The position numbers and the translations under genes were made by a program. From NCBI RefSeq assembly GCF_006345805.1, contig NC_043006.1:35836001-35900000 (forward strand): a stretch of DNA of 64,000 nucleotides, written 5' to 3'. This document shows, piece by piece, positions 24,308 to 36,590 of the stretch. Positions within the stretch are counted from its first letter, which is position 1, and each line of letters starts with the position of its first letter. Below the pieces are notes generated by a model. It was given only the letters and a program-made list of their open reading frames with translations, was not told where the DNA came from and did not search any database. The DNA comes from Octopus sinensis. Taxonomy: Eukaryota.

Positions 24308-24620
24308 GTCCATTATTTACATTATTTACATTTGGCGGATATTTCTCCTCATCTTGCTTGTTATTAGCACAACGTTTCGGCTGATATATCCTCCAGCCTT
24401 CATCGGGTGTCTTGGGGAAATTTCGAACCTGGGTTCTCATTCCTAAGGTATTTTTCGATGCTATTATTATTATTATTATTATGATTATTATTATTCACGT
24501 CGCTGCCTGGAATCGAACTCGGAATCTTGGGGTTAGTAGCCCGCGCTCTTAACCACTACGCCATATGCCCGTCAAATGTAAATAATGTAAATAATTCCTC
24601 ATCTCTTAAATATAGAACTG
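24308..24620 (-). mobile_element. tRNA-head + (AAT)n + hammerhead element with terminal inverted repeats, copy 2
   Basis: The minus strand starts CAGTTCTATATTTAAGAGATGAGG, followed by the tRNA-like head 24497-24570, (AAT)n and the HHR at 24366-24411. 24312-24338 is the reverse complement of 24568-24594 with one mismatch. Confidence 0.8.
24366..24411 (-). ncRNA. Minimal type I hammerhead motif (core CCGAUGA, U4C)
   Basis: GACAC CCGATGA A GGCTG gaggatatat CAGCC GAAA CGT T / GTGCT; 5-bp stem II and palindromic ACGT stem III. Confidence 0.7.
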
Positions 24621-24839
24621 GAATATAAAAGATATTTGTGAAATTTTTTTACAGTTTCTTATGGGGGGTATGTTTATTTATGAAGTGATTACTACTACTA
24701 AACTACCATTCTGAGAAAGCCATCATATATAAATAGAAACTAGAGACATATAGCAAGTCAAAAATTACTATATGAATTATTCACCCATGTGGTACTGATA
24801 CAGACATTTTGGGGTTTGGGCTCAAGGACTAACTGTGTG

Positions 24840-25390
24840 GGTGAACACGTGGCAGTCTCTGCCGGGAGTCGATGTGCGACGGTTGACGTGCGTCAGTTGA
24901 TGCCGGTCAGTTGGTGTAAGTGGTTCATGTGAACAGTAGGCGACGTGTGAACAGTATCAGACGGCTGGTTCGAAGTGAGCGCCGACAGTTGATGTGAGTG
25001 GTTTATGTGAATAGTTGCACGGCACTCTGTACAGGGAACCGATGTGCGACAGTAGACATGCGTGAGTTGGTGTCGGACGGTTGTTTCGAAGTGAGTGCCA
25101 GAAATTTGGCGTCAACGGTTGATGTGAATGGTAGGCGGTAAATGTGAGGCAGTAAATGTGTGGAGTTGGTGCCATGCAGTCGATGTGTGTGTTGGTGGTG
25201 GGCAATTCGTGTGGAACAGTTGTCATATTGATGGTGACGAGCAGCAGTCTGTTGCCGGGAACCGATGTGAGGCGGTTGCTGTGAGGCGATCCATGTGAGA
25301 CGATCGATGAGAGGCGATCGATGAAAGGCGGTCGATCTGAGGCGGTCGATGTGAGCAGTTCATATGACAGTCGATGTGTGTCGGTCAAAG
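24840..25390. repeat. Degenerate GC-richer ~14-bp minisatellite (CGGTCGATGTGAGG-like)
   Basis: Consecutive units CGATCCATGTGAGA, CGATCGATGAGAGG, CGATCGATGAAAGG, CGGTCGATCTGAGG and CGGTCGATGTGAGC lie near 25285-25355, decaying leftwards. Confidence 0.7.
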
Positions 25391-25897
25391 AGAAAAGTGG
25401 TATTTTTGCCGTAAGGTGGACGATTTGAACTGGTAAAGGAACCCGGGGTAGCAGCTGGTGGCGTAAAGAATGCAGAATGAGTTGTTGGCTACCGAACTAA
25501 CGCGAGTCGGAAATAGTAAGAGTCCAGTCGAAAAAAGATGGAAAATAAGTGTTTTCTACACGTTTCCAAGGTAAATGAAAAAATTCACTAAAATATATTC
25601 CATACATTTTTATTCATCTCTAAAGATTTTGTTTGTTATTGGCACTTCTGATTTCTATAACTACAAATTCTTTCTCTCTTAGCAAGCTCGCTTGTTGAGC
25701 TGGCCTCTGGTTTTCCTAAGCTATTATCTTGACTGCTGGAGCTCGGGTTGGTAGTGTCAGGAGGCTCGGGAGGCACATGATTACAGTTTCAGTTCCCACG
25801 GCGGGACTTCTTGTGCAGGTGTCTACTAATATAGCCTCGGACAGACCCAATCCTTGTTAGTGTGGATTTGGTAGACAAAAACTGAAAGAAGCTCGTC

Positions 25898-25940
<43 letters not shown>

Positions 25941-26046
25941 TAATCCAAACAAGAAAACACAAAAAAAAACAAAAAAACACAACAACGCGAGGACGTGGAA
26001 CAAATAAAGTATTATTGGACGCTCAGGAAAGAAGGGAAGAAGGAGG

Positions 26047-26081
26047 GTTTAACGTTTCGAGAGGAGCTCTTCGTCGGAAAC
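26047..26081 (-). ncRNA. Minimal type I hammerhead motif (core CCGACGA), copy 1
   Basis: GTTT CCGACGA A GAG ctcct CTC GAAA CGT T / AAAC. Confidence 0.7.
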
Positions 26082-26232
26082 ATAGGAGAAGGAAAGATCC
26101 CGAGAAGGGAAGACAGAGGAAAAAAAATCGCCAGCGGTACTCACGAGGCACACACTTCCCGAGCATTAAACTAATTACATCTATTTGTTGTCTACACCAC
26201 CTGTCTACGTCTTTGGGATTTTTTTGAATTCT

Positions 26233-26301
<69 letters not shown>

Positions 26302-26414
26302 AAAGTTAATCCAAACAAGAAAACACAAAAAAAAAAACAAAAAAACACAACAACGCGAGGACGTGGAACAAATAAAGTATTATTGGACGCTCAGGAAAGA
26401 AGGGAAGAAGGAGG

Positions 26415-26449
26415 GTTTAACGTTTCGAGAGGAGCTCTTCGTCGGAAAC
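26415..26449 (-). ncRNA. Minimal type I hammerhead motif (core CCGACGA), copy 2
   Basis: Identical to 26047-26081, 368 nt away. Confidence 0.7.
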
Positions 26450-26602
26450 ATAGGAGAAGGAAAGATCCCGAGAAGGGAAGACAGAGGAAAAAAAATCGCC
26501 AGCGGTACTCACGAGGTCACACACTTCCCGAGCATTAAACTAATTACATCTATTTGTTGTCTACACCACCTGTCTACGTCTTTGGGATTTTTTGTGAATT
26601 CT

Positions 26603-26681
<79 letters not shown>

Positions 26682-26686
<5 letters not shown>

Positions 26687-27542
26687 AAAATTGGACAAGG
26701 CAGAAAATGCTAAAATGATTTTATCATGAAGAACATTTAGTACTGATTTCAGACTTTGCGACTTTTTCAACTTAAAGTAAAGCATGAAAAACAATTAAAT
26801 TGTGAAAAAATTAAGAGAAAATTTTTTTTTAAATATTCCTATAGTTTTCAAATGCGTGAGACTTTTTCCTTTTTTTTTTGTCTCTTTCTCTCTTTTACTT
26901 TTGTCAATAGGTAGGTAGTAGCAGATTTCAAGAAATATTTTATATGACGGATGTTAGTTTTGGATTTGGATTGTTTATGCAGCAGTAGCCAAGGAAGAAG
27001 AGAAGAAGAAGAAGAAGAAGAAGAAGAAGAAGAAAGAAGAAGAAGAAGAAAGACGGGAGTAGTATGACAATAGTAGGCTGTTGGTAGAATTTTCTTAAAT
27101 GGTCAAGCGATCTAAAAATTACTTGGAAAAATAGCGATTGGAATGGTTCTGAATAAATTCATGAATAGTGACTATTCTGAATATATAGTATTATTCTTAG
27201 GCGCTTGTAGTAGAGTCATTTGTGGTCGAAGCACTCAAAAGGGATTTATATTTTGCGATAAAATATGACTCTTTGTTTATGCGCTGATTATAGGTTGCAC
27301 CGTCCCTGAATTTATAGAGGGGAAAAATTCTGAAGTTGGTTTGTTCGTTAGTGGCGCAAATGTCGATGTGTTCGCTGAATGCTATTTTTCTGTATTTTAA
27401 TCCTTTGGCGCAGACTGTTTTTTTGCTTTTCATGCTTTACTTAAAGCTGAAAAAGTCGCAAAGGTAAAACCGGTACTAAAATGTCATTCAAGATAAAATT
27501 GTTTTAGCATTTTCTACCTGGTCCTAATTTCCTTATACATAT
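26682..27542 (-). mobile_element. Severely 5'-truncated PLE (GIY-YIG C-terminal tip plus 3' UTR) with inverted pseudo-LTRs; related to 15538-17660
   Basis: ORF 27197-27433 (YRKIAFSEHIDICA...NFRIFPLYKFRD...RINKESYFIAKYKSLL) is homologous to 16076-16300. 26682-26790 is the reverse complement of 27425-27542. Degenerate YTGAAAA HHRs lie at 26736-26774 (-) and 27441-27481 (+). Confidence 0.85.
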
Positions 27543-27831
27543 CAATTTCTCTTTTACCTAATGTACCATGGAATGCTCGAAATGAGGGGTAGATAGACAG
27601 CCGACAACTGACGAAGGGTGGTTCTCTATGTTGCTTGATCTACTTTCCTCTTTCTCTCGTTGTTTGCATGTTTAAATCATTTATTTTCATTCTTCACGTA
27701 TATATATATATATATATGTATGAATGCATACTAATCAAATGTCACTGCGTTACAACTGCTTGATAACACCTTGAACATGTAAACCTGGTCTGAATAGAAA
27801 TTGCATTTGTCTCTCTCTTTCTATATATATA

Positions 27832-27892
<61 letters not shown>

Positions 27893-28336
27893 GGATAATG
27901 AAAAGTAACAAAAGAATGAAACCGCGATATTAGATAAATATAGGATTACTCTTTTACTCTTTTACTTGTTTTAATTATATATTTGGTCTAAATTATAACA
28001 TATATATATATATACATATGCGCGCGCGCGTTATGTGTGTGGTTGGGTGGGTGTGTGTATGTCTGCGTGTGTGTGGTCCTTTGTGCACAATGGGTTCTTG
28101 TTTGTGTTTAATGCAAAATGGAAACAATTTGAATTATCCAGAGATTGGTACGAAGAAGAAAAGCAGAACACTTACAGACGTTGGCAGTATTGTTTTGTAA
28201 GGTGCCCCCCTCCTAAAATAGATCTCTGTTCTCCCCCATCCCGCCTCCATTAGTGGACTAATGAAAGACGGTGACCATTACTGCAAAAGCAACAACAACG
28301 CTGAAATAATTTGCAACCCTGATTACTACCACCACC

Positions 28337-28382
<46 letters not shown>

Positions 28383-28506
28383 TACTACTACTACTACTAC
28401 TACTACTAAGAAGAAGAAGAAGAAGAAGAAAATTATATCAATTTCTTTTTGTAAATTAATAATAATAGTAATTGCTACGAACAATTTTTTATTACTTTAT
28501 CATGTT

Positions 28507-28542
<36 letters not shown>

Positions 28543-28713
28543 GTCATCATCATCGTGATCATTCTAAAAATAACACAAATATTTCTAATGTTAATATAAC
28601 AGTACTAGTTTATTTTATTGTTACGATGAAATACGGATACAAGTGAACGTTGAGACCATAATTAGAAATTTCTTTTTCTGTTTTTTTTTTGTTTGTTTTT
28701 TTACATTGTCCAG

Positions 28714-28818
28714 TTATTCCGTCCGTTGAGGTGAGGACATACACATCGGTGGGACAACAATACTATGTTCCCGATATGATACATTTACACTTCATATTCG
28801 GACTCCGGCACGGAAAAG
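28714..28818 (+). CDS. Candidate 105-bp internal coding exon, phase 1-1 (xIPSVEVRTYTSVGQQYYVPDMIHLHFIFGLRHGK), product unknown
   Basis: Long polypyrimidine tract plus CAG acceptor; AAG/GTAACG donor; length divisible by 3; exactly one open frame; non-repetitive sequence. No homology recognised. Confidence 0.35.
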
Positions 28819-29039
28819 GTAACGTCTACTGTTTTTCTCCCTTCTTTACCTTTCACGTAATTCCTTCTCGTTATCAACCGACGTTAATCTTGTTAATCTA
28901 CATTCAATAACAAATGAAATGCAATTCCCTACTGGCTATCAACTCATATTGTCATGTATTCAACTAATATTAATCTTTAATCGCAGTTATGAACTCATAT
29001 ACATGCCCTATTCTGATTATTAGCTAATATCATCTTTAA

Positions 29040-29478
29040 GGGCGATGAGCAGGCAGAATCTTTAGCACGCCGGACGAAATGCTTAGCGGCATTTCGTCCG
29101 TCTTCACGTTCGCAGTTCTAATACTGCCGAGGTAGACTTCACCTTTCATCCTTTCGGGGTCGATAAAATAAGTACCAGTTATGCACTGGGGTCGATGTAA
29201 TCAATTTTACTCCCCCGAAATTGCTGGCTGTGTACCACAATTTGAAGTTAATATTAACCTTAATGTAGAGGCGAAGAGCTGCCAGAATCGTTAGCACACC
29301 GGGCAAAATGCTTAGCGGCATTTCGTTCGGCTTTACGTTCTGAGTTCTAATTTGGCCAATGTCAGTTTTGTCTCCCACCATTTTCCCGGTCGATAAAATA
29401 AGTACAACTTAACACTGAGGTCGATGTGACTTACCTTCTCTGAAATCGGTGGCCTTGTGTCAAAATTTGAAATTAATT
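29040..29478 (+). mobile_element. Two head-to-tail SINE family A copies
   Basis: 29040-29250 and 29270-29478 each carry the GGCAGAATCGTTAGCA head and the family core. Confidence 0.85.
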
Positions 29479-30398
29479 TTAACCTCAATACAAATCTAGT
29501 TTATTATTTCATTAGTCAGCTTTTATCCTGGTTGTCAATCAATATACGTAATCAAGTCACATCTGATATTTTTTTGTTATACTTCTAAATATCAATCGAT
29601 CAAAATCTATAACTTAACACAGGGGAGTTCGTAGATGCTGGCATCGAGTTAACCCGGAATTTTTTCTCATGAATTCTTTTCTCAAGTCGGTAATGGCGCG
29701 AGGTTTCTATTCATGCGAGCCTTTTGAGCTGTCATTATAGTGTCATACACTCCGATCATACGTCTGGTGCTACATACTTACCAGAAAAACCGGAACGGTA
29801 TTATACTGCATCACAGATTGAGGTTGTAAAATATTTGACTGCTACAAATATGTAGCAGCCGGTCCGAAAGGGTTAAAGCACCAGTCAACTACATTTTCCA
29901 CCTTTTAATAACTAGCAGAAGTGTTTCGTAGGTAGTAGTTTTGACAAAAAATTATTTCCAAAGCTACAGTCACTTCTATGCTTGTGTATACGGAAATCGA
30001 ATGATTATCTCTGCAACATTTCATTCCAAAGTCCATTATCTTTCATTTTCAGCGTTTAACTTCCATGAATTGCAACCAGTGAGTGCAGCTGAAATTACAG
30101 AGTCTATTTATATTGGCATTTCTTTCTTTTTCAGTTTCAATTTTACTAAAGCTTCTCTAGCAGATGTAGCTCGACATTTTCCCTTCTGTCTTTGATCTCA
30201 TGTCTGCTGTTATTTTCCTTCACAGTTATTTAAAACCTTCAGTATATTACTAAGTTGTTTTTTTGGGGTTTTTTTTTTTGCTATTTTAATTAGAATGAAT
30301 ATTTTCCTTTGCGTTCAGCACTCGATAATCTTTCATTAATGGTAATCTTTCACTTTGGCTTTTTATCCATATTCCGTATTTAACCTAAGTATCAACTG

Positions 30399-30430
<32 letters not shown>

Positions 30431-30456
30431 ATGTGTGTGTGTTGCGTGTGTGTGTG

Positions 30457-30724
30457 GAGGCGCAATGGCCCAGTGGTTAGGGCAGTGGACTCGCGGTCGG
30501 AGGTTCGCGGTTTCGATTCCCAGACCGGGCATTGTGTATGTTTATTGAGCCAAAATACCTAAAGCTCCACGGGGCTCCAAAAGCTCTTTCACCCCAACTT
30601 TCTCTCATTCGTTCTTCCTGTTTCTTGAGTAACGCTGCGATGGACTGGCGTCCTGTCAAGCTGGGGGTAACACATACGCCATAGAAACCGGGCCCATCAA
30701 CCTGGCTAGGCTTGAAAAGGGCGC

Positions 30725-30725
<1 letters not shown>
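30457..30725 (+). mobile_element. tRNA-derived SINE family C
   Basis: GGAGGCGCAATGGCCCAGTGGTTAGGGCAG...GGTTTCGATTCCCAGACCGGGC. Confidence 0.85.
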
Positions 30726-30810
<85 letters not shown>

Positions 30811-30969
30811 GATATAAACCTTCTAATGCTGGGCCTCCAGCCAAGCCTTTCGTGACACCCTTACAGCCAGGAACCTTTCAGCACGCCTGGCATGTATATG
30901 TGTATATGCATGTATGTGTGCGTCCGTGCGTGTGTGTGCCAGTGTGTACAGAGAGGGAGTGAGAAAGAG

Positions 30970-31715
30970 TGAAATCATCAAGCTCCAATAACTGGTGCTG
31001 CCAGTCGTTGGGGTTCCACCCTAGACGCTTTCGCACTCAGCGGAGGTAGCTGGTCGCTGTTTTCTGTCATGCGTAGCATGGTCGCTACATTGTGACCTCC
31101 CCTTGATGTTGTCAGACCAGGGTTTTCTCTGTCTGCCTCTCTTTTACTCTCCATCAACAGTGGCCTGAAAGCAGTTGTGGTAAGTTGTGTGACTGTACCA
31201 GGGGAGCTTTTGGCTTTTTACTTTTATTTTGCTTTCTAATATCGGCTCTGCTAAATTCCAAATTTGCTTGAACCATTTGGTATTCTTCAGCGTATGGGAT
31301 TTTGGGGTTTGGCGTTTCCGCGATGGTAGCCAATTCTGCCTAATGTATCCTCTATGATGTTCCCTGTTCTTTCTATCCCACACAAGGAATTCGAAGCTTA
31401 GGTGCAGAACTTTCTCCGTTTCTCTCTATCAATTGCAACATTCCCAAATCCTTTCGTTAGAGCCGCAGAACATGAGGTTTCGCTTTCAGGAGGTCTCTTA
31501 AAATCTTCATTGCAGTCGTTCGTGATGACATTTTTCTGTTACCATTTCAGAATACACGATTCTCCTTAGTAGTCGTTCACAGTCTTTTCTTCGAATGTGA
31601 CCAATCCAGCACAGGTTGATGCTTAATGGCGGCCATCTTCTACAAGTTTCACTCATTAGCCTAGGATCATACTGTGGAACCGCTTTAAAAGATTTCTTAG
31701 TGAAATAAATCAACT
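30970..31715 (-). mobile_element. Two RTE-type LINE 3' fragments
   Basis: KLPWYSHTT..CFQATVDGE*KRGRQRKPWSDNIK (30970-31385) and LCWIGHIRRKDCERLLRRIVYSEM (31440-31715) both match RTE W.GH..R / GRP.K.W motifs. Confidence 0.75.
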
Positions 31716-32116
31716 TCAGTACTAGATTTTTTAAGGCCTTGAACTTATTTTATTGTTGTCGAAAGGATAAGTTACGGGGGTACAATTTTGAATATGAAAC
31801 AAAGTACTACAATCTAACGAACGGAAAATTCACACTGAAGACATGGACGTGCCAGTTCCTCGTCAGTTATCATCCAAACTTTCATTACAATTCACGCCTT
31901 TAACAATAATATTGTTCATTTTTGGTGGCGTATATATATATATATATGTTTGTATGTATATGTATATATATACATATACGTATATATATGCAATATATAT
32001 ATGTATATACACATACATATATATATATAAACAATATATATACATCTATATATACATATGTGCAATATATATATGCATATATCTATATATATATATGCAA
32101 CATATATATGCATTTG

Positions 32117-32229
<113 letters not shown>

Positions 32230-33596
32230 TGTATGTGTGTTGTGTTACGTCTCGTAAATCAACCCCGGTCCTATGAATCCAACAAGAGTCGATTGTTTTT
32301 GTATAAGCGGAGCGAACTAACTGTTTGATAATCCGTGTTGGTATCTACCAACAGAGGCACAGTGAACTGCGGGATTCAAAATGTTCTAAACCCCGCTATT
32401 TATCGTTCATAGGACGATACATTATCATTTTAGCATTTTTAATCTCTGTCCCTGTCATTTTCTTGAGAAACAGGTATTCTGAAAAATCAATATATATAGT
32501 ACTCAGTAGATTAAGCAGAGCGTTTCATTCATGTGAAATAATCTTCCCTCACTCGCTGCAGTGATTCCGGGTCTAACTGAGTTCATCCCTGAACTCTAAC
32601 ATTATTCGGTTGATGGGCCATCAGCGTTGGCCAGATCACTACTCATTATCTCTTCCTGGCTCCCAGATTAATTACTGTCGCTGTGAAAAATAGAATCTTA
32701 AAACAAAATCGCGAATATAATTTTGGTACCTAGCTTTGAATAATTTTATTATATTTAGTACGTTTTTCCAGCGAAAATAGTCTTTTATAAATAGGGAACT
32801 GCTTGTATATAACATTTAAGAAAGCTAATCTTATGACGTTGATAACTTCTAAAAGAAAATACTTCTTCATTCGCCTTTAGTGAATGTAACTTTGACCAGG
32901 AGCGATTGACGTTATCAGAAGATTCCGAAGAATCCCTGAACGGTAACATCCTTTCGTTAATGAATCAGCAAGGTTGGCTAAATCACTGCACATTATCTCC
33001 TCCTGGCTAGCAGCTTAACTCCTCTCTCTGGCTCTCTAATCATCAAGAGGTGCTTTCAGCTGTCACTCCCATCATGTGCACAACTACCTTTTGCTCTGTT
33101 CCTCTTATTTCAGTGGCTGTAAACATTCTCCATACTAATTGGCCAGGGAGCCTCTTATAATCAACCTCGCGTGGGAATCGCCATGTCCTATAATTCTAAT
33201 AAAAAGTACGAAATCAAAATTATTCAAGAGTCTCAGGGTGAAGAGTGAAATCATTTCCAAAACAGAAGTTAGATTTATTGAGAAGACACAGTATCAGAAA
33301 TGGTAAATAAATAAACCGAGAAAGGAAGCACAAATTAAAGCGAAATAGGAATTGAAGATAAAAGAATTTAAAAATTAAAAAAAAAACACATTAATAAACG
33401 ACGAGAATAAAAATTAATCTGTCCGTTCTTTATAAATCATTGTTTTCTTAGTATAAACTGACAAGCTGAACTGGGAAGTCACATGTTCATACAGGTGATG
33501 GTGACATCCGTTATTTCGCCGTCATAGAATTGAAACATCATGGGAGGAAATGCCTTGTTGAATATTAAATATTATATCAAGGATAATGATGTCGAG

Positions 33597-33800
33597 GAGG
33601 GCGGTGAGCTAGCAAAATCGTTAGTACTTCGGACAAAATGTATGGTGCCAATTCTTCCGGATCTTTACATTTTGGGTTCAAAACCAACCGAAGTCAAGTC
33701 TTGCTTTTCATCCCTTCAGGATCGATAAAATGGAGTACTAATCGTATTAGGGTGGAAGTAATCCACTTATTCCTTCCCCACAAAATTTCTGGTCTTACAC
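33597..33800 (+). mobile_element. SINE family A (diverged)
   Basis: GGCGGTGAGCTAGCAAAATCGTTAG head and TTTTCATCCCTTCAGGATCGATAAAA core. Confidence 0.7.
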
Positions 33801-33989
33801 AATGCAATGGGCTGGTGGCCCATTCAAAGGAAATGTAGTAAGCCATGGGAACCTGGTAAGCAGCCTTATACGTCCACACAGGACTTCCGATCTTGAGATC
33901 TTTCCACCATTTTTCTCTTCTCCATTTTCACCCGTCCTCACCTTCAATACTGTTGTTCGCTGTTGTCTCCTTATACCCAGCAAAATATA

Positions 33990-34460
33990 AAAACAGAAGC
34001 ACCTTTGCGATAAATCACTAGGAAAATACATCGATCACATGACAGGTCTTGGTTACTTGGATCGGTTAGAGGAGCCGAAACTTTATTCAATCCAATGCCA
34101 CCGTTAGAACTATGCCATTTGTATGCTGCAAATATTCCATTAACTTTACCCAAATGATGTTGGCTCAACTTTAAAATTCACTCAAAACTTGGTCCCATAC
34201 CAACAGTTCTCTGCAAAAATCAGGCTCACATAACATCACAACACTGACACAGAACAATTTCACATCAACTGGCCCTGCTCTCTTTAACATCATGGCAAAA
34301 CACATAAATGAAGGAAAAGATCTCATAGCTTTCAAAGAGTTCCTGGACAATATTTCCAACAAATTCCAAATAAGTCACCTACACCCGGATATATCTCTGT
34401 GAACTATAACTCTTTACTCGAATGTGCTATGGTGCCCAAAATATGACTGTAATATGAAAC
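33990..34460 (+). mobile_element. Decayed CR1-like LINE 3' region, same family as 49449 and 50610
   Basis: MTGLGYLDRLEEPKLYSIQ...PNDVG and NFTSTGPALFNI...PTPGYISVNYNSLLE. Confidence 0.8.
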
Positions 34461-35173
34461 ATCATTAAATGTATTTTCCAAGTGCTGCTGTGAAGTTAGT
34501 CATGTCTTTTCCTACCGTACCCTCAAACAATTAATAACACCACCTACGAGAATCAAAAGGAGATAAACAGTGCATCAAGAAGCTGTCGTTTCTTCTCCGT
34601 CGATACCTCATCAATTTGTTTCCGAAATAGTTTTCTCTATTTACAATTATAGAGGGTTGAAAGGATGGTTGTAAATTTAGCTCTCCCTTTTCCATTTCAT
34701 AAAAAATTTGCAAATTATTCGCTAAAACCATCGTGCTAGATTATTTCCTTTTTGTATTTGGTTTGCAAGATATTTGGTATGAGCATGGAACTAGACAAAC
34801 AGATAGACAAGCCAAAATCGGACCTAGAAATGCAAATAGCGTCATTAACGATGTCACGAAATGGCGGCGAAATAACTTTGACAAACCCAACTGTTTGATT
34901 GATTGGCCGAACGATTAACCACACAATCTTTAACCCATTCACAAATAAAGAATAAAGAAATGAAACAGAAGCAGAGGGTGTGTTTATTACGGGCATAATG
35001 TCTCTGCTGAGATACAATAAAATTGGGCTAGAGTTGTAGTCTTCCGCCAAATCAGAACTGTTCTTGGTGTTTTCCGATGAAAGGCGTCCTGCCACAACCG
35101 TCTCACATTTTTCGCGTGTGTGTGTGTGCGTGTGTGTATGTGTGTGTGTGTCTGTGTATGTGTGTGTATGTGT

Positions 35174-35213
<40 letters not shown>

Positions 35214-36289
35214 TGTGTGTGTGTGTGTTCCAGATACTACACTGTCTAATACATCAAGATTCAAACGAGATTTGGCTGCTGTATATAACAGGTCAAACAA
35301 CTACGAACAGTTCCACCTTTATTGATTATTTTTTTTATATATTTCAATCATGTAGGATAGTATTTATTGTATTCAGCATATTTAGTTAGATTGGATCTGT
35401 AGATACACAGCTATTTTATTTGTCTGCCTCAATATCAGCCTACAGAAAGAGAAGTAAGAAAGTTAACTAATAGATTGAACGAATTAAACAATAAGATATA
35501 AATAGCCGAAGAAACAAAAACGCTATTAATATGCAACTTGTGAGTGGACACAAAGTGACTTCTGAAGGTTTGCCTTGTTTGGTGTTATTATGAAACCTCA
35601 GACCAATTTTAACTAGCATGCAGGTAGGCGTGTCCCATCCTTTTTTGATGAATTGCGTACTATGTGGACTTCCAGTTTTTCTCTTCCGTTGCATATTATT
35701 TCTGTAGATCACCTATGATTTTTTGTTATTGCTGCTGCGGTTGCTGTTGTTGTTGTTGTTGTTTAGCTCTGATTGAACAAAAAGTAATGACGAAAGTCAT
35801 TCCAGCTGGCAATCTTTCTTTGATTTTTGTGACATCAGGACGAAAATTTCTCTTTAAAGAGTAGTTATATGAGGGAAAATTGATCGCTACTTCTAGCAAT
35901 AATATAGACGCTCAGTCGTCACACACAGAGACTCCTCGATAGATTTGTTGCTTGTTGGCTAGCTAGCTAACTGCATGCATATATACATACATAATCAGTC
36001 GGTTGGTTAGTTGGTTAATTGTTCGTTGGATGCTTGGATAGATAGATGGGTACTGATATGATATATTATATATCAACAAGTTCGCTTCGTAGCCCCGTGG
36101 TTTCTGGTTTATACCCCCTTCACAGCACATTGACCAACCAATGCCTTATAAGTGAAAATATTTTTAGGTAAAATCTGTGCTGACTGCATCAGGCGTTGTT
36201 TTCAAGTTGCTTTTGTAGTAAGCCTTCAGGTACCTGAAGGTTTTATAGTCCAACCCCCTTCATCAAGCAAATCACAGGCGCTATCTTAG

Positions 36290-36590
36290 GACAAAACTAA
36301 GAATGTATGGTCATGAATTTGTCATGAATGAAAAAAGTCATAGAAAGAGCTACGGGATTCCATCACCGCAAGACAGTAGAAGATGCTAGATCACATGCTG
36401 CACATAAGAAAAGAACCGTGAGAACTTCTCTTGTGTGAAATCTAGAGGAGAAGGTAAGAGATGCGATAAACCTGCTAAAACGTGGTTGAGAACTCTGGAA
36501 GTATATACCTGGCAGGCATAGATCTAATCTGAAAGCAGTCTTGTGACATAGAGTCTGACCGTACTGAATAGAGAGCTCTCGTTTTCTGAT
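36290..36590 (+). mobile_element. Possible RTE-type LINE 3' remnant
   Basis: EGKRCDKPAKTWLRTLE...ESDRTE*R resembles the G.R.RGRP.KTW...DR..W pattern; heavily decayed. Confidence 0.4.

Larger units (their letters stand above)
25936..26605. repeat. Tandem duplication of a ~300-bp PLE pseudo-LTR-like unit separated by (TA)n
   Basis: 25936-26235 and 26302-26605 are nearly identical, differing in A-run length and a few single-base changes. Confidence 0.95.

Noticed and set aside
24497-24570. tRNA gene (also the tRNA-like heads at 15270-15342, 23725, 30457 and 53416)
   Set aside because: A and B boxes are present, but the acceptor stems do not pair and each head is fused to a repeat body. These are SINE heads, not tRNAs.
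29610-29878. piggyBac-type MITE (right end CCGAAAGGG-TTAA)
   Set aside because: A matching left TIR could not be established beyond TTAACCC.
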